This document shows, one piece after another, positions 1-12,343 of a stretch of 64,000 nucleotides of DNA. Below the pieces are notes generated by a model, which was given only the letters and a program-made list of their open reading frames with translations, ran no database searches and was not told where the DNA came from. Within the stretch, counting starts at the first letter, position 1, and the number at the start of each line of letters is the position of its first letter. Source of the DNA: Antedon mediterranea (Eukaryota; Animalia; Echinodermata). Made by a program: the position numbers and the translations under genes. Where the stretch lies: positions 7,564,001-7,628,000 of the forward strand of contig NC_092673.1 of assembly GCF_964355755.1 (NCBI RefSeq). The letters run 5' to 3'.

Positions 1-157
1 TTATTCTGTTTGCCAACCAGGCATTATATAATTTAATGTAAACGCCACATTTACCTTAACTTTACCTTTTAAAATATCATGTTGCAATTATTACATTCAA
101 GCCTATAGGAAAAAAACTGAAAAGGTGATACATTAATGTTGCTGCTATTGATTACAG

Positions 158-271
158 CTTGGACTGTTTACTACAAGTGTTGGTTTCTCAATGGCATTTG
201 GGGCGCTTTTTATGAAAACATATCGTGTCTATAGTATCTTCAAAACAAGTATGAAACAACTTCGAACTGCG
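158..271 (+). CDS. GABA-B-like class C GPCR, internal exon (TM3/ICL2)
   Basis: ttacag| acceptor and |gtaag donor; 114 nt, phase 0-0; LGLFTTSVGFSMAFGALFMKTYRVYSIFKTSMKQLRTA matches the GABA-B TM3 pattern GFSxxFGxxFxKTxRV. Upstream exons lie outside the window. Confidence 0.9.
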
Positions 272-691
272 GTAAGATTTTATTTCATCAGTAAAACACG
301 TCTTCAACGTTTTTTTTTCCGCCTCGACACAATGTATTTGTTCACATTATTCATTTAACCTTTAAAAAACATATACAATAGATGAGTGATTTACAGAATA
401 AATTGTTCATTGGCAATGCTGTAAATTTATATAACTATTCTAGAAATAATTAATGGGTCTATGGAAAAGGAGAGTTACTTAAAAAATAGGGCCCTGGGCT
501 TACATATAAATATATAATAAGCTTGAAAACATTTTCTTTGTAGACTAAAATATCATGTTAGTGTAACCCTAATTACGCTATGTATTTTAAATTTGTGAGA
601 AAGGTTTAAATTAAAAAATCCTAACGCCAAAATAAATGTGTTTAGGTATACTGTACATATAATAACCATTTGTGGTTTAAACATTACATAG

Positions 692-1220
692 TAGGGAGGT
701 TTCGCAACCTTACGAATACGATAACGAAAACGGATACGTCATACATTTGTGAAACTTTTGAGCTGATCCCCATTTCATATTCGTAAAGCGTATTCGTGTT
801 GACGAATATCACCAGTCATATTCGTAACTACAAAACGAGTATAGTTTTTGATCTATTTTGCATATTTTGCATTTGAATTAGGAATGATTAATGATTATTA
901 TATATATATATATATATATATAGATTTATTGAAAGTAATTTACTAAAGTAATTTACTAAAATGCCAGGTCAATTTAGATAAATAGCAGTTTTTAAAGTCC
1001 TCACTCGCTTTGATGTTACGCTAGGCCTAGGCAGCCAAGCACCAAGCAACACGTACCGTACCTGCGCTTCGCTCAAATTTACCGCAGTCATATTTTGGAC
1101 GCGCCTCAATATTTCGTTGCCATGCGCGAAACAGATTTTTTTATGACTTACGAAAACGAATACGTGTGCGTGACGTATCCGTTTTCGTTATCGTATTTGT
1201 AAGATTGCGAAACCTCCCTA
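692..1220. mobile_element. MITE / non-autonomous DNA transposon with ~50-bp terminal inverted repeats
   Basis: Left end tagggaggtttcgcaaccttacgaatacgataacgaaaacggatacgtca is the near-perfect reverse complement of the right end tgacgtatccgttttcgttatcgtatttgtaagattgcgaaacctcccta; no ORF; internal (TA)n. Confidence 0.85.
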
Positions 1221-1364
1221 TTAACATTCAACAGAACTGTTACAGTCAAGTAGATTCAATAATACGAAACTAATCCAGCAAATAGTAAGTGTAATCAATG
1301 ATATCATTATGCCGACACCTTTAACTAAACTTATAATATAATATGTATTTTTATATTTAAACAG

Positions 1365-1490
1365 AAAGGTCTACATAACAGTATGCTATTTTCCTATATT
1401 GCTGTTTTTGTATTTCTCGATATTTTCATCCACGGATTATTCTATTTGTTGAATGATGTTGAACTAGTTTCAAGCGAAGTCAACATTAAG
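1365..1490 (+). CDS. GABA-B-like GPCR exon (TM4)
   Basis: aacag| and |gtagg; 126 nt, phase 0-0; KGLHNSMLFSYIAVFVFLDIFIHGLFYLLNDVELVSSEVNIK, a hydrophobic helix with the TM4 Asp. Confidence 0.85.
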
Positions 1491-1704
1491 GTAGGTTATT
1501 TTAGTGAGTGAGTAGCCATAGCGTCGGCAAGGGCTACATGGTCCTGAACCCGAATCTTCTGGGAATAGGACTATCAACTGTAGGTCCAGTGTACACATAC
1601 AGTAGCTCATGTGCATCTAGTACATATTTTAGAGACGATTAGGTGGTTACGTCGGTGTACTAGTCCACACACGCACAGCCACTGTAACACACCAGCGACC
1701 AACC

Positions 1705-2490
1705 GGTGATGATGACGATGATTTTGATAACGATGGTGGTGATTGTGGTGGCGGTGATGATTGTTGGCGTTGGTGGCATTGGCGGTGACGATGGTGGTGA
1801 TGGCGGGGAAGTTAGCGATGGTGGTGTTGACGGTGTTGGTGATGTTGACGGAATTGGTGGTGCTGACGGCGTTGGTCGTGTTGACGGCATTGGCGATGAT
1901 AATGATTTTGTTTGTGCCGTTGGCGTGTTGGTGGCGACGGTGATGATGATGGTGGTGATTGTCATAATGGTGGTGGTGGTGGTGGTGATGGCGATGGCGG
2001 TGGTGAGAAGGGTTAGTGATGATAGTGGTGACGGTTGGTGGCGTTGGCGGTGATGTCGGCGACGGTGACAGTGATAATGATTATGGTGGTGGTGATTGTG
2101 GTGATGGTGGTGGCGTCGGTGTTGTTAGTGGCGTTGACGGCGTTGTTGGCGTTGGCGGAGATGGTGACGGTGATTGTGATGACGATGGTGTTGATTGTGG
2201 ATGCGGTGATTTTGGATGCGGTGGTGGTGGTACTGGTTGGTGGCGTTAGTAGCATTGGCGGCGTTAGCAATGTTGGTGATAATTGTGATAATGTTTGGTG
2301 GTGTTGGCGGTGGTGGTAACGATGATTGTGATGATGATGGTGATGGCGGCGGAATTGTCGGCAATGATGATGGTGATGGTTGTGGTGGTCATGGTGGTGA
2401 TAATGCAGACAATGATTGATGATGATGGTGGTGATGGTGGTGGTGGTGACGTTGGCGTTGGCGACGTTGGTGATGATGATGATGGCGGCT
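1705..2490. repeat. Degenerate trinucleotide low-complexity tract (GGT/GAT/GGC/GTT)n in GPCR intron
   Basis: Period-3 G-rich repeat that gives spurious low-complexity ORFs in several frames. Confidence 0.9.
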
Positions 2491-2736
2491 AAACTGATAC
2501 TCTCTTGACAGATGGTTGAAATAACAAAAAAAATCAATGGGAGGAGGAGTCAGAGTCTATTCTCTGAAATAACCATACTGTAGGTGATAACAAATGACCA
2601 AGTGTTTGTATTTTGTATACTGAAAGAACAGAGGGCTTTTTCTTTTATATCTCGATCAGCCACTGGAAGTCATACATCTAGACAATTGAGCGTGCTACTG
2701 TATAATTCTGTATTGTTATTCCAATTTTTTTTATAG

Positions 2737-2914
2737 GAAGACACAACACAGTCTAATTTAGAAATGTTCTATATTGAAGTGATATACGGATGTTCATCAA
2801 AATACGGGTTCATTTTAACATACTGTCTTATTGCATATAAGGGATCGATTTTGCTCTTTGGTGTCTTTTTAGCATGGTCTACTCGCAATGTCAAACTCGT
2901 CCATCTAAATGATA
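2737..2914 (+). CDS. GABA-B-like GPCR exon (ECL2, TM5, ICL3)
   Basis: ttttttatag| and A|gtacgt; phase 0-1; EDTTQ...YGCSSKYGFILTYCLIAYKGSILLFGVFLAWSTRNVKLVHLND(S), the classic GABA-B YKGxLLxFGxFLAWxTRxV...LNDS motif. Confidence 0.92.
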
Positions 2915-3427
2915 GTACGTGGACTTACTATTTATATTTTCATGTTGATTTTCTTAATGTTGTAGCATCCAACTAAAAAATACCTCATAATAGTGATAAC
3001 ATAATTGATAGGCTTTCTACTCACCATCTTACTGTCCTTCTGTCTAAGTTACGCTTGCAAGCCACATTCATTCATTTCCTTCCTCTTCTCTATTTCGCTC
3101 TACTTCGTTTCCATGGGCACATAAAAAAGGAAAGATATCCTGACACACAAAAAAATGCATTATATAAATAAAATGTTATTTGAATAAAAATAAGAATGCA
3201 AAGTAAGAAATAGCGGTAACACATAATTATTTGCACAAAGCTAATGCAGTATGGTAAATCTGAACACACGTGTAATTGACTGAATAGTCAAATAAAGAGC
3301 TTCTTTTACTAACCAAAGTTGAGGTGTTAGGTCTAGTCTAGCTAGTAAATAATGGTGGGCATGACTCAGGATATCGTACTATATCTTAATTTATTCACAG
3401 ATATCACTGTTCAAATTTTAATTTCAG

Positions 3428-3591
3428 GTCATTACATAGCCATATGTGTGTATACAGTAGTGATTTGTTGCCTCATAACCGTGCCCGCCGCAGTACTCAA
3501 CTACGATCAAATTGGTGTTGTCTTCATACTTTTTGGTACCACCATATTCATCACCAACACTGTCGTTCTTTCGCTTGTATTCCTCCCGAAA
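3428..3591 (+). CDS. GABA-B-like GPCR exon (TM6-TM7)
   Basis: atttcag| and |gtaagt; phase 1-0 joins the previous exon to give LNDSHYIAICVY; ends VFLPK, the class C TM7 F-x-PK motif. Confidence 0.92.
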
Positions 3592-3959
3592 GTAAGTACA
3601 GTATTCAGTTTGTTTGCTGAGATTTAATATTAGACAGTTGTTCAAAGGAATACTTCATTGTGACTGTGCACTGTTGCATTACACCTTTATGTAAATTATT
3701 TTGCACGGTTTAGCGTGGTGCAGTTCAGTTATTTTGTTTGAAACATGCGGCTTGTATGGCCTTTGGTAATACTACAAAATAATACAAATTTTCACTTCAT
3801 GCTATTTTAAGTTGAATTTATTAAAATTGTTTTGAGAAACAGACGTAATACAAGCCAACACACATGCAAAGACAAGCCATGCAAATAAGGATTTTTATTC
3901 AGTGATAATTGCATTACAGCCGGTGTTGGTATTAATGGTAATTTACCTGGATTTACCTA

Positions 3960-4890
3960 GTGTCTTTCCTTTTTGGTTTGCGCAACCTATTCGAGCCATA
4001 ACTAGCTTACAGTACCTTAAAACGTTACGTTAGACTTTTAGTAGTAACTGCACTATGAACGCATTGATTGCAGAACGTCTTGGAGGTAATACACCGTCGA
4101 TATTGATTGACTTTGTCCGTCGGTTTGCATAGTTTAAGCTCATCAGCGACTGACAATGCTGCAACATTATCCACACAATGTTATCAACGTGTATGGCATT
4201 ACAAGAAAATTGGAGCCACTAGGACCACTTGCAGTTGCATGTGCGACAGGACAGTTGGCAAAAAGAGTTGGCTGGAATGGATTGAGTCAAGAAATGACGA
4301 TCAATATAGATGGGTAGCGAGGGGTTCTATCAGAAATTACTAGTACTGAGCTAGTTTGTTGTTGTCCAGTTTTGTCAAGGATTTAGGTGACTGGGTCCAC
4401 CGAAGGACTCAACCAACCTCCATCTTGCGACGCCTACACACTCAAAGTCAAGAATACAACTATTTCTATCGAGTTTAACACGGGACCATAATTAGCTCAT
4501 TCTCATTAAGCTGGGTAGGAAATCCAATACCTTGCGTCAGTTGTATGCTAATCGAGCTAACTCCGATCAACCACGTCCGACTTGACTCGATTTAATATAG
4601 ACTTAAGGTTGAACCTTATGTGACACTGGACGTCGACCGAACCGTAAACGTAGGTAATTTCATCGAATATGTCCATACTATGTAGCCTAAAGCAGATTTA
4701 TGAGAAATCATCGAACATGTTCTGGCCTGGTAGTGGAACAGTACACCGAAAAATCCATAGTCTGTCGCAAAGAAATGTGATCCTTTGATAATTCATTGAT
4801 GCCGGCTGCAGATGGTTAATTTACACTCATTATCCGAGATGGAAAACACTGTAGCGTCATTTTTTAGTATCAGGCTCAGATACCTCAATA
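3960..4890 (-). mobile_element. Old degraded LINE remnant (5' part) in GPCR intron
   Basis: Homologous to 57875-58730, where it is contiguous with a CR1-like RT fragment on the - strand; no intact ORF. Confidence 0.5.
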
Positions 4891-4970
4891 GATGCGTAAT
4901 CAGGGCCGATGTGTAAAAGTAATCATGTTAATGCAATAATTTTGGCATCAATTTACTTTCATTCTTTCAG

Positions 4971-5093
4971 TTGATTGTTTTATATAAAGACGGGGGTAAG
5001 GATGTTAATATTAGTTCAATGCCGAGTGAATTTACCTCAGAAATATCAGTCACCAGAACTAATCAAAGCACTTTAGAGGAAATGTATATCCAG
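4971..5093 (+). CDS. GABA-B-like GPCR exon (C-terminal tail)
   Basis: ttctttcag| and CAG|gtaaaa; 123 nt, phase 0-0; LIVLYKDGGKDVNISSMPSEFTSEISVTRTNQSTLEEMYIQ. Confidence 0.85.
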
Positions 5094-5296
5094 GTAAAAT
5101 ATACTTTATTTAAATATAATATAGAAACTTTACCAAATTAAAATAAAACACAATTTGGTGCCGCTATAGAGGGCCTGCTACACAATGTATAGAAAGGAAC
5201 TGAAATAACTAGTGACGATATAGAGGGCGCTAACCAAATTAGCGTCTACGGAACTATGCTTCACTTTATTTTTTACGATGTATTTATTTTTCACAG

Positions 5297-5344
5297 AAAT
5301 GTTTGAAACTACAAAGACTAAAACAACAACTTGGAAAGCAGTAA
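5297..5344 (+). CDS. GABA-B-like GPCR terminal coding exon
   Basis: tttttcacag| then KCLKLQRLKQQLGKQ*; continues a short coiled-coil-like tail; conserved in the duplicate at 59160-59207. Confidence 0.8.
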   Translation, partial: KCLKLQRLKQQLGKQ

Positions 5345-8111
5345 TTACTTCAGTTTTTTCAATGAAAAGGTTTATTCATTTTAAAATAATTGTATCTTAA
5401 TGGAGGAAATGAATGCGAGATTTTCAGACGTCTGGTAAAAATCCCGAAAACATTGTTGATCATTAAGTGTTATTAAATAACACCCTTTTTAATTTACTAA
5501 ATTAGATTTGTTGAAACTTTTCTCTACACTATTGGGAATTCATTTTAGATTTCGTAAATCTAAGCGCCTAGTTTACATCGTCGTGGCGTAGGCCTGTTAT
5601 GCATGGTTAGTTGTGGAAATATCCGGGTTAAAGAGATATTGTATAGTTGCTAACATTTTAACAATTATATTCACGACCGAAGTCAATTAAACAGTTCTGT
5701 ACATGCATTCAAACGTAATAGTTTGCGAGCATGCGCACCTATTAACAATTATTTTTTAAAGTTGTATTTAAAAGTATACTGCCCTCTATTGTAATTATTA
5801 CTCTTCGTAAGGATACTGTACAATAGTATAACATTTGTAAAACCCCAATTTATTACATTAATATAAACATTTGTTAGATTAGATTAAAAAAATCTTAGAT
5901 TAGGTTATGTAATAACAGTTTATGTTTCAAGTATAACGTACAGTAGATTGTTTTTGTGTTTGTTTTTTTTAGTCGTCGAATAAACGCCTTGTCGTTGAAT
6001 AAGATTCCCCCTCTGACGATTAGGCCTAAGCGGTAAAGCGTTTCATGCGTACATTTAATAGAGGGTAATCGAGCGAACCCACCCTCTAGTAATGAAAATT
6101 CAAATATCAAGCCTTTACTATACAATTTTTTTGATAAAATCCCATATTATCCAGAAATTGAAACTGAAATGGATTAGTACAATGTACACATTTTCTACAT
6201 AAACAAGATTAACATTCTGTGCATGTATACAGTATACTGTACCAGAAACCGCTAGCGTAGGCCTACCTTTCGTGAGATCTATGAAGGAATAATGTGGTTA
6301 ATTAATTTGATGGGCCGGACAAAATAGACCAAACGGCGAACCAACCAACCAACCAACTTTTGATGATTTGAGTGTTTTAGATTTAACTAATGCAAAAAAA
6401 GAAATAGTATTTGTTTTGTTTAAGATATGTTTTGTTATGTTTCTAAAATAAAATTATATATTTGAGAGAAGGTTAAACAAAAATGTTTTCTGTATACAGT
6501 ATTATGTTTAGAAAGGTTGCCCATATTGATTTAACTATTTATTTTTTTAATGATGAGTGACTGGTTGTGACTATTTTTTAGCCCTTCCCATGATTCATTA
6601 TGTTTTTATTCATGTTTACAATGTTTATAATTTACTTTTTGGGTAAATAAATAAAAAAGAAAAAAGAAAGATATTGTCCAGTGACTTCGTATCCGAAACT
6701 ATTTCGAACAGTTATCATAAAATGTGTTATCGAACTATCTACTCCTGCCCCTAGAATAAATTTTCATTCAGGGAAATTCTACTTGTATTCAAGAGATGTC
6801 TACGACAGTTTTAATGAATGATTGAATATGGTTTTCTATGATAAATCCATAAACATAAATTGGCAATCTTCAAAGACATATACTTTAAAAACTTTGAGGT
6901 TTTCGTCGCGCACAAGCTTTTCAAATCCAACCAAAGGCACAACCCACCATGGTGCAGATTTAAATAAGTCAAGAAAGTAAAAAAGATCAGGCAGTTCAAT
7001 CAAAGAATGAACACGGTACAATCACGGTCCAGACAGAACTAGAGAAGTTACGGAACCAAACTAAAAAAAATGGCAAAAACCGATTAACAAATTAAAACAG
7101 AGGAACCAAAACAATTTTTTTAACTTCACTATTATATCAGATTGTCATCAATAGTAGACATGTGAAAATCAAATGAAAAGAAAGTTACGGAGGATAATGC
7201 AAACTTCTTCAGTAGTGTGACGTCAAATGAACCACCTTTATCTTATTCTATAACAGTGCAGACTAAAAATGTTACTTCTGTGTCCGAAATTAAGTATTTC
7301 TGCTGTATTGATGTGGGGATGCTCTAAAAAGGTTTGAAACTGAACAAAGGTTTAGTTTAGACAAAGTACACACACACACGTCTTAAGACAAGTTTTACCT
7401 TTTGATGTTTTATTTGCTATGATATTCTAGCATTCCTTTTTCCACACTGGGGCAATTCCGATTGGAGAGATGCAACGGTGTTTTCAAATATTCAAGAAGG
7501 TTCCCGTTCTAGCTGTACTAATTGCTGATGTACCATTTTTTCTTAGTTGCTAAATTAATGGAAAAACATTAATGTTACATATCTGGCGACCAGCGTGGTA
7601 CTCAAAAAAGTGTTCGTGCACTACACAACCGTTAATTTGGTTAAACCACATGATGAAAGATCCATATCTGGAACTGACGTCATCAGGACATATATTTTGT
7701 GGATGCATTCACATACAGAAATCTTTATCATTATCATCATCATTATCATTACATGATGCCAGTATGTTTGGAAAAAATAATTTTATTTCATAGAACTCGA
7801 AATAGTTAAGGTATTGTTACGTCATTTTAAACGACAGCAACGTCCACCATAGAACAACGGATGTCCCACACGCATCACAACCGTCCGTGGCGGTTTCAAT
7901 CTTTGTCATACGGTAAACTATTCATTAATAATGCTAACATAACTCATTATGACTCTGGAGTTAAGTAAGCGAGCGCACCCTGTAGTTCTAGAAAATATAA
8001 CCTCTTGGGTTCAAATAAAACGAAATCGATTTAATAGACGCCATTTAGGATACTGGTAATACTGCAGGCTTATTATGGTTCTACATTCTAATTTTAAAAA
8101 AACTATCAAGA

Positions 8112-8272
8112 ATGACTGGAACACGTTCAATAAAAGTCCTAGCTATATGTGGATTATCTTTTACTATTGGAGTTGTTTTAACATCTATTCATCGTGATTT
8201 TACAAACAATACAATTATACAAGAAAATAAACCAAGACCTGTTGTAAGCACATCGTATTTTGGATCGCACGG
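8112..8272 (+). CDS. FkbM-methyltransferase/NodB-like gene exon 1 (start codon, signal anchor, stem)
   Basis: ATG at 8112; MTGTRSIKVLAICGLSFTIGVVLTSIHRDFTNNTIIQENKPRPVVSTSYFGSH(G); basic N-terminus plus hydrophobic stretch; GG|gtaaag phase-2 donor matches the phase of exon 2. Too short for the ORF track. Confidence 0.75.
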
Positions 8273-8856
8273 GTAAAGTAGATATGTTTCTATTATGAAT
8301 ATGTATACTAACAAACAAATGCGATACAAGGGACGTCGCAAGGGCGTCCCTTGGCGGGTTGAGATTTCCCCTACTAATTTTAGGCATTTTTCAATCGACA
8401 ATTCGCGTAAGCATTCAGACCAAAACAAGAACAAATAGGAGGTTCGAAATAAGAGAGGCGTAATATATTGCAAAGATTACAATTCATATCGGTCTGGTAT
8501 ATTAATTTATATTATTCAAATTTCCAGTAGATATAACTTTAAAAATGACATTAAAACGGGGAACTACAGAACAGAACTGAATATATAAAACATGATTAAT
8601 TGTTCTGATCAATGGGTTTATAATAAGGTCACCAAAGAGAAATAATAAATATCTTTTTTTCTAATAATACAATACCATGTTTTTAAAAAATAAAAATGCC
8701 TATGTTTCTTGCAACACTCACTGCTTGTAGAATTACAGCAGTATTTTATTTTAGAAGGCGAGCGTGCACAGAAAATGTACACATCCAGGAAACTAAGCTC
8801 CAATTCATACATTTATTAAATAATATTATTAGTTATTTATATATTTATTTTTAAAG

Positions 8857-9086
8857 GGATAAGCAACATGATGACGATCACAAGTCAACCGATATCGGAC
8901 CCAGAAAAATCTTGCTGGACTGCGGAGGAAACATGGCATCCACGGTGGAGTTATTTAGGGAGACATATCCTGATGGCAAAGAGTTCATTATACATTCGTT
9001 TGAAATCGATGAACGCCTTGCACCATATTTCAGTCCATACGAAAAACACTATCTGCATTGTCCTGTTGGAGTAGCTTCAGAAGACG
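8857..9086 (+). CDS. Methyltransferase gene exon 2 (SAM-binding motifs I and II)
   Basis: ttttaaag| and G|gtgagt; RKILLDCGGN (motif I, DxGxN) and IIHSFEID (acidic end of strand beta-2), typical of FkbM/Methyltransf_21. Confidence 0.9.
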
Positions 9087-9110
9087 GTGAGTGATTTATT
9101 ACCTTAAAAG

Positions 9111-12100
9111 ACATTTTACCCTTATTCACCCGTATGGTTATTTCATCAACATGCTACATAATCACATTTTACCCTTATTCATCCGTATGGTTATTTCATC
9201 AACATGCTACATAATCACATTTTACCCTTATTCATCCGTATGGTTATTTCATCAACATGCTACATAATCACATTTTACCCTTATTCACCCGTATGGTTAT
9301 TTCATCAACATGCTACATAATCACATTTTACCCTTATTCATCCGTATGGTTATTTCATCAACATGCTACATAATCACATTTTACCCTTATTCACCCGTAT
9401 GGTTATCAACATGCTATATAATCACATTTTACCCTTATTCATCCGTATGGTTATTTCATCAACATGCTACATAATCACATTTTACCCTTATTCTCCCGTA
9501 TGGTTATCAACATGCTACATAATCACATTTTACCCTTATTCACCCGTATGGTTATTTCATCAACATGCTACATAATCACATTTTACCCTTATTCACCCGT
9601 ATGGTTATTTCATCAACATGCTACATAATCACATTTTACCCTTATTCACCCGTATGGTTATTTCATCAACATGCTACATAATCACATTTTACCCTTATTC
9701 ACCCGTATGGTTATTTCATCAACATGCTACATAATCACATTTTACCCTTATTCACCTGTATGGTTATCAACATGCTACATAATCACATTTTACCCTTATT
9801 CACCCGTATGGTTATCAACATGCTACATAATCACATTTTACCCTTATTCATCCGTATGGTTATTTCATCAACATGCTACATAATCACATTTTACCCTTAT
9901 CCACCCGTATGGTTATTTCATCAACATGCTACATAATCACATTTTACCCTTATCCACCCGTATGGTTATCAACATGCTACATAATCACATTTTACCCTTA
10001 TTCAGCCGTATGGTTATTTCATCAACATGCTACATAATCACATTTTACCCTTATTCACCCGTATGGTTATTTCATCAACATGCTACATAATCACATTTTA
10101 CCCTTATTCACCCGTATGGTTATTTCATCAACATGCTACATAATCACATTTTACCCTATTCACCCGTATGGTTATTTCATCAACATGCTACATAATCACA
10201 TTTTACCCTTATTCACCCGTATGGTTATTTCATCAACATGCTACATAATCACATTTTACCCTTATTCACCCGTATGGTTATTTCATCAACATGCTACATA
10301 ATCACATTTTACCCTTATTCACCCGTATGGTTATTTCATCAACATGCTACATAATCACATTTTACCCTTATTCACCCGTATGGTTATTTCATCAACATGC
10401 TACATAATCACATTTTACCCTATTCACCCGTATGGTTATTTCATCAACATGCTACATAATCACATTTTACCCTTATTCACCCGTATGGTTATTTCATCAA
10501 CATGCTACATAATCACATTTTACCCTTATTCACCCGTATGGTTATTTCATCAACATGCTATATAATCACATTTTACCCTTATTCACCCGTATGGTTATTT
10601 CATCAACATGCTACATAATCACATTTTACCCTTATTCACCCGTATGGTTATTTCATCAACATGCTACATAATCACATTTTACCCTTATTCACCCGTATTG
10701 TTATTTCATCAACATGCTACATAATCACATTTTACCCTTATTCACCCGTATGGTTATTTCATCAACATGCTACATAATCACATTTTACCCTTATTCACCC
10801 GTATGGTTATTTCATCAACATGCTACATAATCACATTTTACCCTTATTCACCCGTATGGTTATTTCATCAACATGCTACATAATCACATTTTACCCTTAT
10901 TCACCCGTATGGTTATTTCATCAACATGCTACATAATCACATTTTACCCTTATCCACCCGTATGGTTATTTCATCAACATGCTACATAATCACATTTTAC
11001 CCTTATTCACCCGTATGGTTATTTCATCAACATGCTACATAATAACATTTTACCCTTATTCACCCGTATGGTTATTTCATCAACATGCTACATAATCACA
11101 TTTTACCCTTATTCACCCGTATGGTTATTTCATCAACATGCTACATAATCACATTTTACCCTTATCCACCCGTATGGTTATTTCATCAACATGCTACATA
11201 ATCACATTTTACCCTTATTCACCCGTATGGTTATTTCATCAACATGCTACATAATCACATTTTACCCTTATTCACCCGTATGGTCATCAACATGCTACAT
11301 AATCACATTTTACCCTTATTCACCCGTATGGTTATTTCATCAACATGCTACATAATCACATTTTACCCTTATTCACCCGTATGGTTATCAACATGCTACA
11401 TAATCACATTTTACCCTTATTCACCCGTATGGTTATTTCATCAACATGCTACATAATCACATTTTACCCTTATTCACCCGTATGGTTATTTCATCAACAT
11501 GCTACGTAATCACATTTTACCCTTATTCACCCGTATGGTTATTTCATCAACATGCTACATAATCACATTTTACCCTTATTCACCCGTATGGTTATTTCAT
11601 CAACATGCTACATAATCACATTTTACCCTTATTCACCCGTATGGTTATCAACATGCTACATAATCACATTTTACCCTTATTCACCCGTATGGTTATTTCA
11701 TCAACATGCTACATAATCACATTTTACCCTTATTCACCCGTATGGTTATTTCATCAACATGCTACATAATCACATTTTACCCTTATTCACCCGTATGGTT
11801 ATTTCATCAACATGCTATATAATCACATTTTACACTTATTCACCCGTATGGTTATCAACATGCTACATAATCACATTTTACCCTTATTCACCCGTATGGT
11901 TATTTCATCAACATGCTATATAATCACATTTTACACTTATTCACCCGTATGGTTATCAACATGCTACATAATCACATTTTACCCTTATTCACCCGTATGG
12001 TTATTTCATCAACATGCTACATAATCACATTTTACCCTTATTCACCCGTATGGTTATTTCATCAACATGCTACATAATCACATTTTACCCTTATTCACCC

Positions 12101-12343
12101 GTATGGTTATTTCATCAACATGCTATATAATCACATTTTACACTTATTCACCCGTATGGTTATCAACATGCTACATAATCACATTTTACCCTTATTCACC
12201 CGTATGGTTATTTCATCAACATGCTACATAATCACATTTTACCCTTATTCACCCGTATGGTTATCAACATGCTACATAATCACATTTTACCCTTATTCAC
12301 CCGTATGGTTATTTCATCAACATGCTACATAATCACATTTTAC
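9111..12343. repeat. Tandem satellite, 53-bp unit with a 48-bp deletion variant, about 60 copies
   Basis: Unit acattttacccttattcacccgtatggtta(tttca)tcaacatgctacataatc, near-identical copies with no unique spacers. Confidence 0.97.

Noticed and set aside
1660-2537. His-rich, Gly/Asp-rich and Val-rich ORFs
   Set aside because: All frames are open because of a trinucleotide repeat lying between two phase-compatible GPCR exons.
6011-6050. Hammerhead ribozyme core (ctgacga followed by a small stem), also near 60304
   Set aside because: No GAAA after stem II and no closing helices.
9111-12343. CRISPR-like regular array and repeated MLHNHILPLFTR ORFs
   Set aside because: No unique spacers, no cas genes and a eukaryotic intron context; the unit length is not a multiple of 3.
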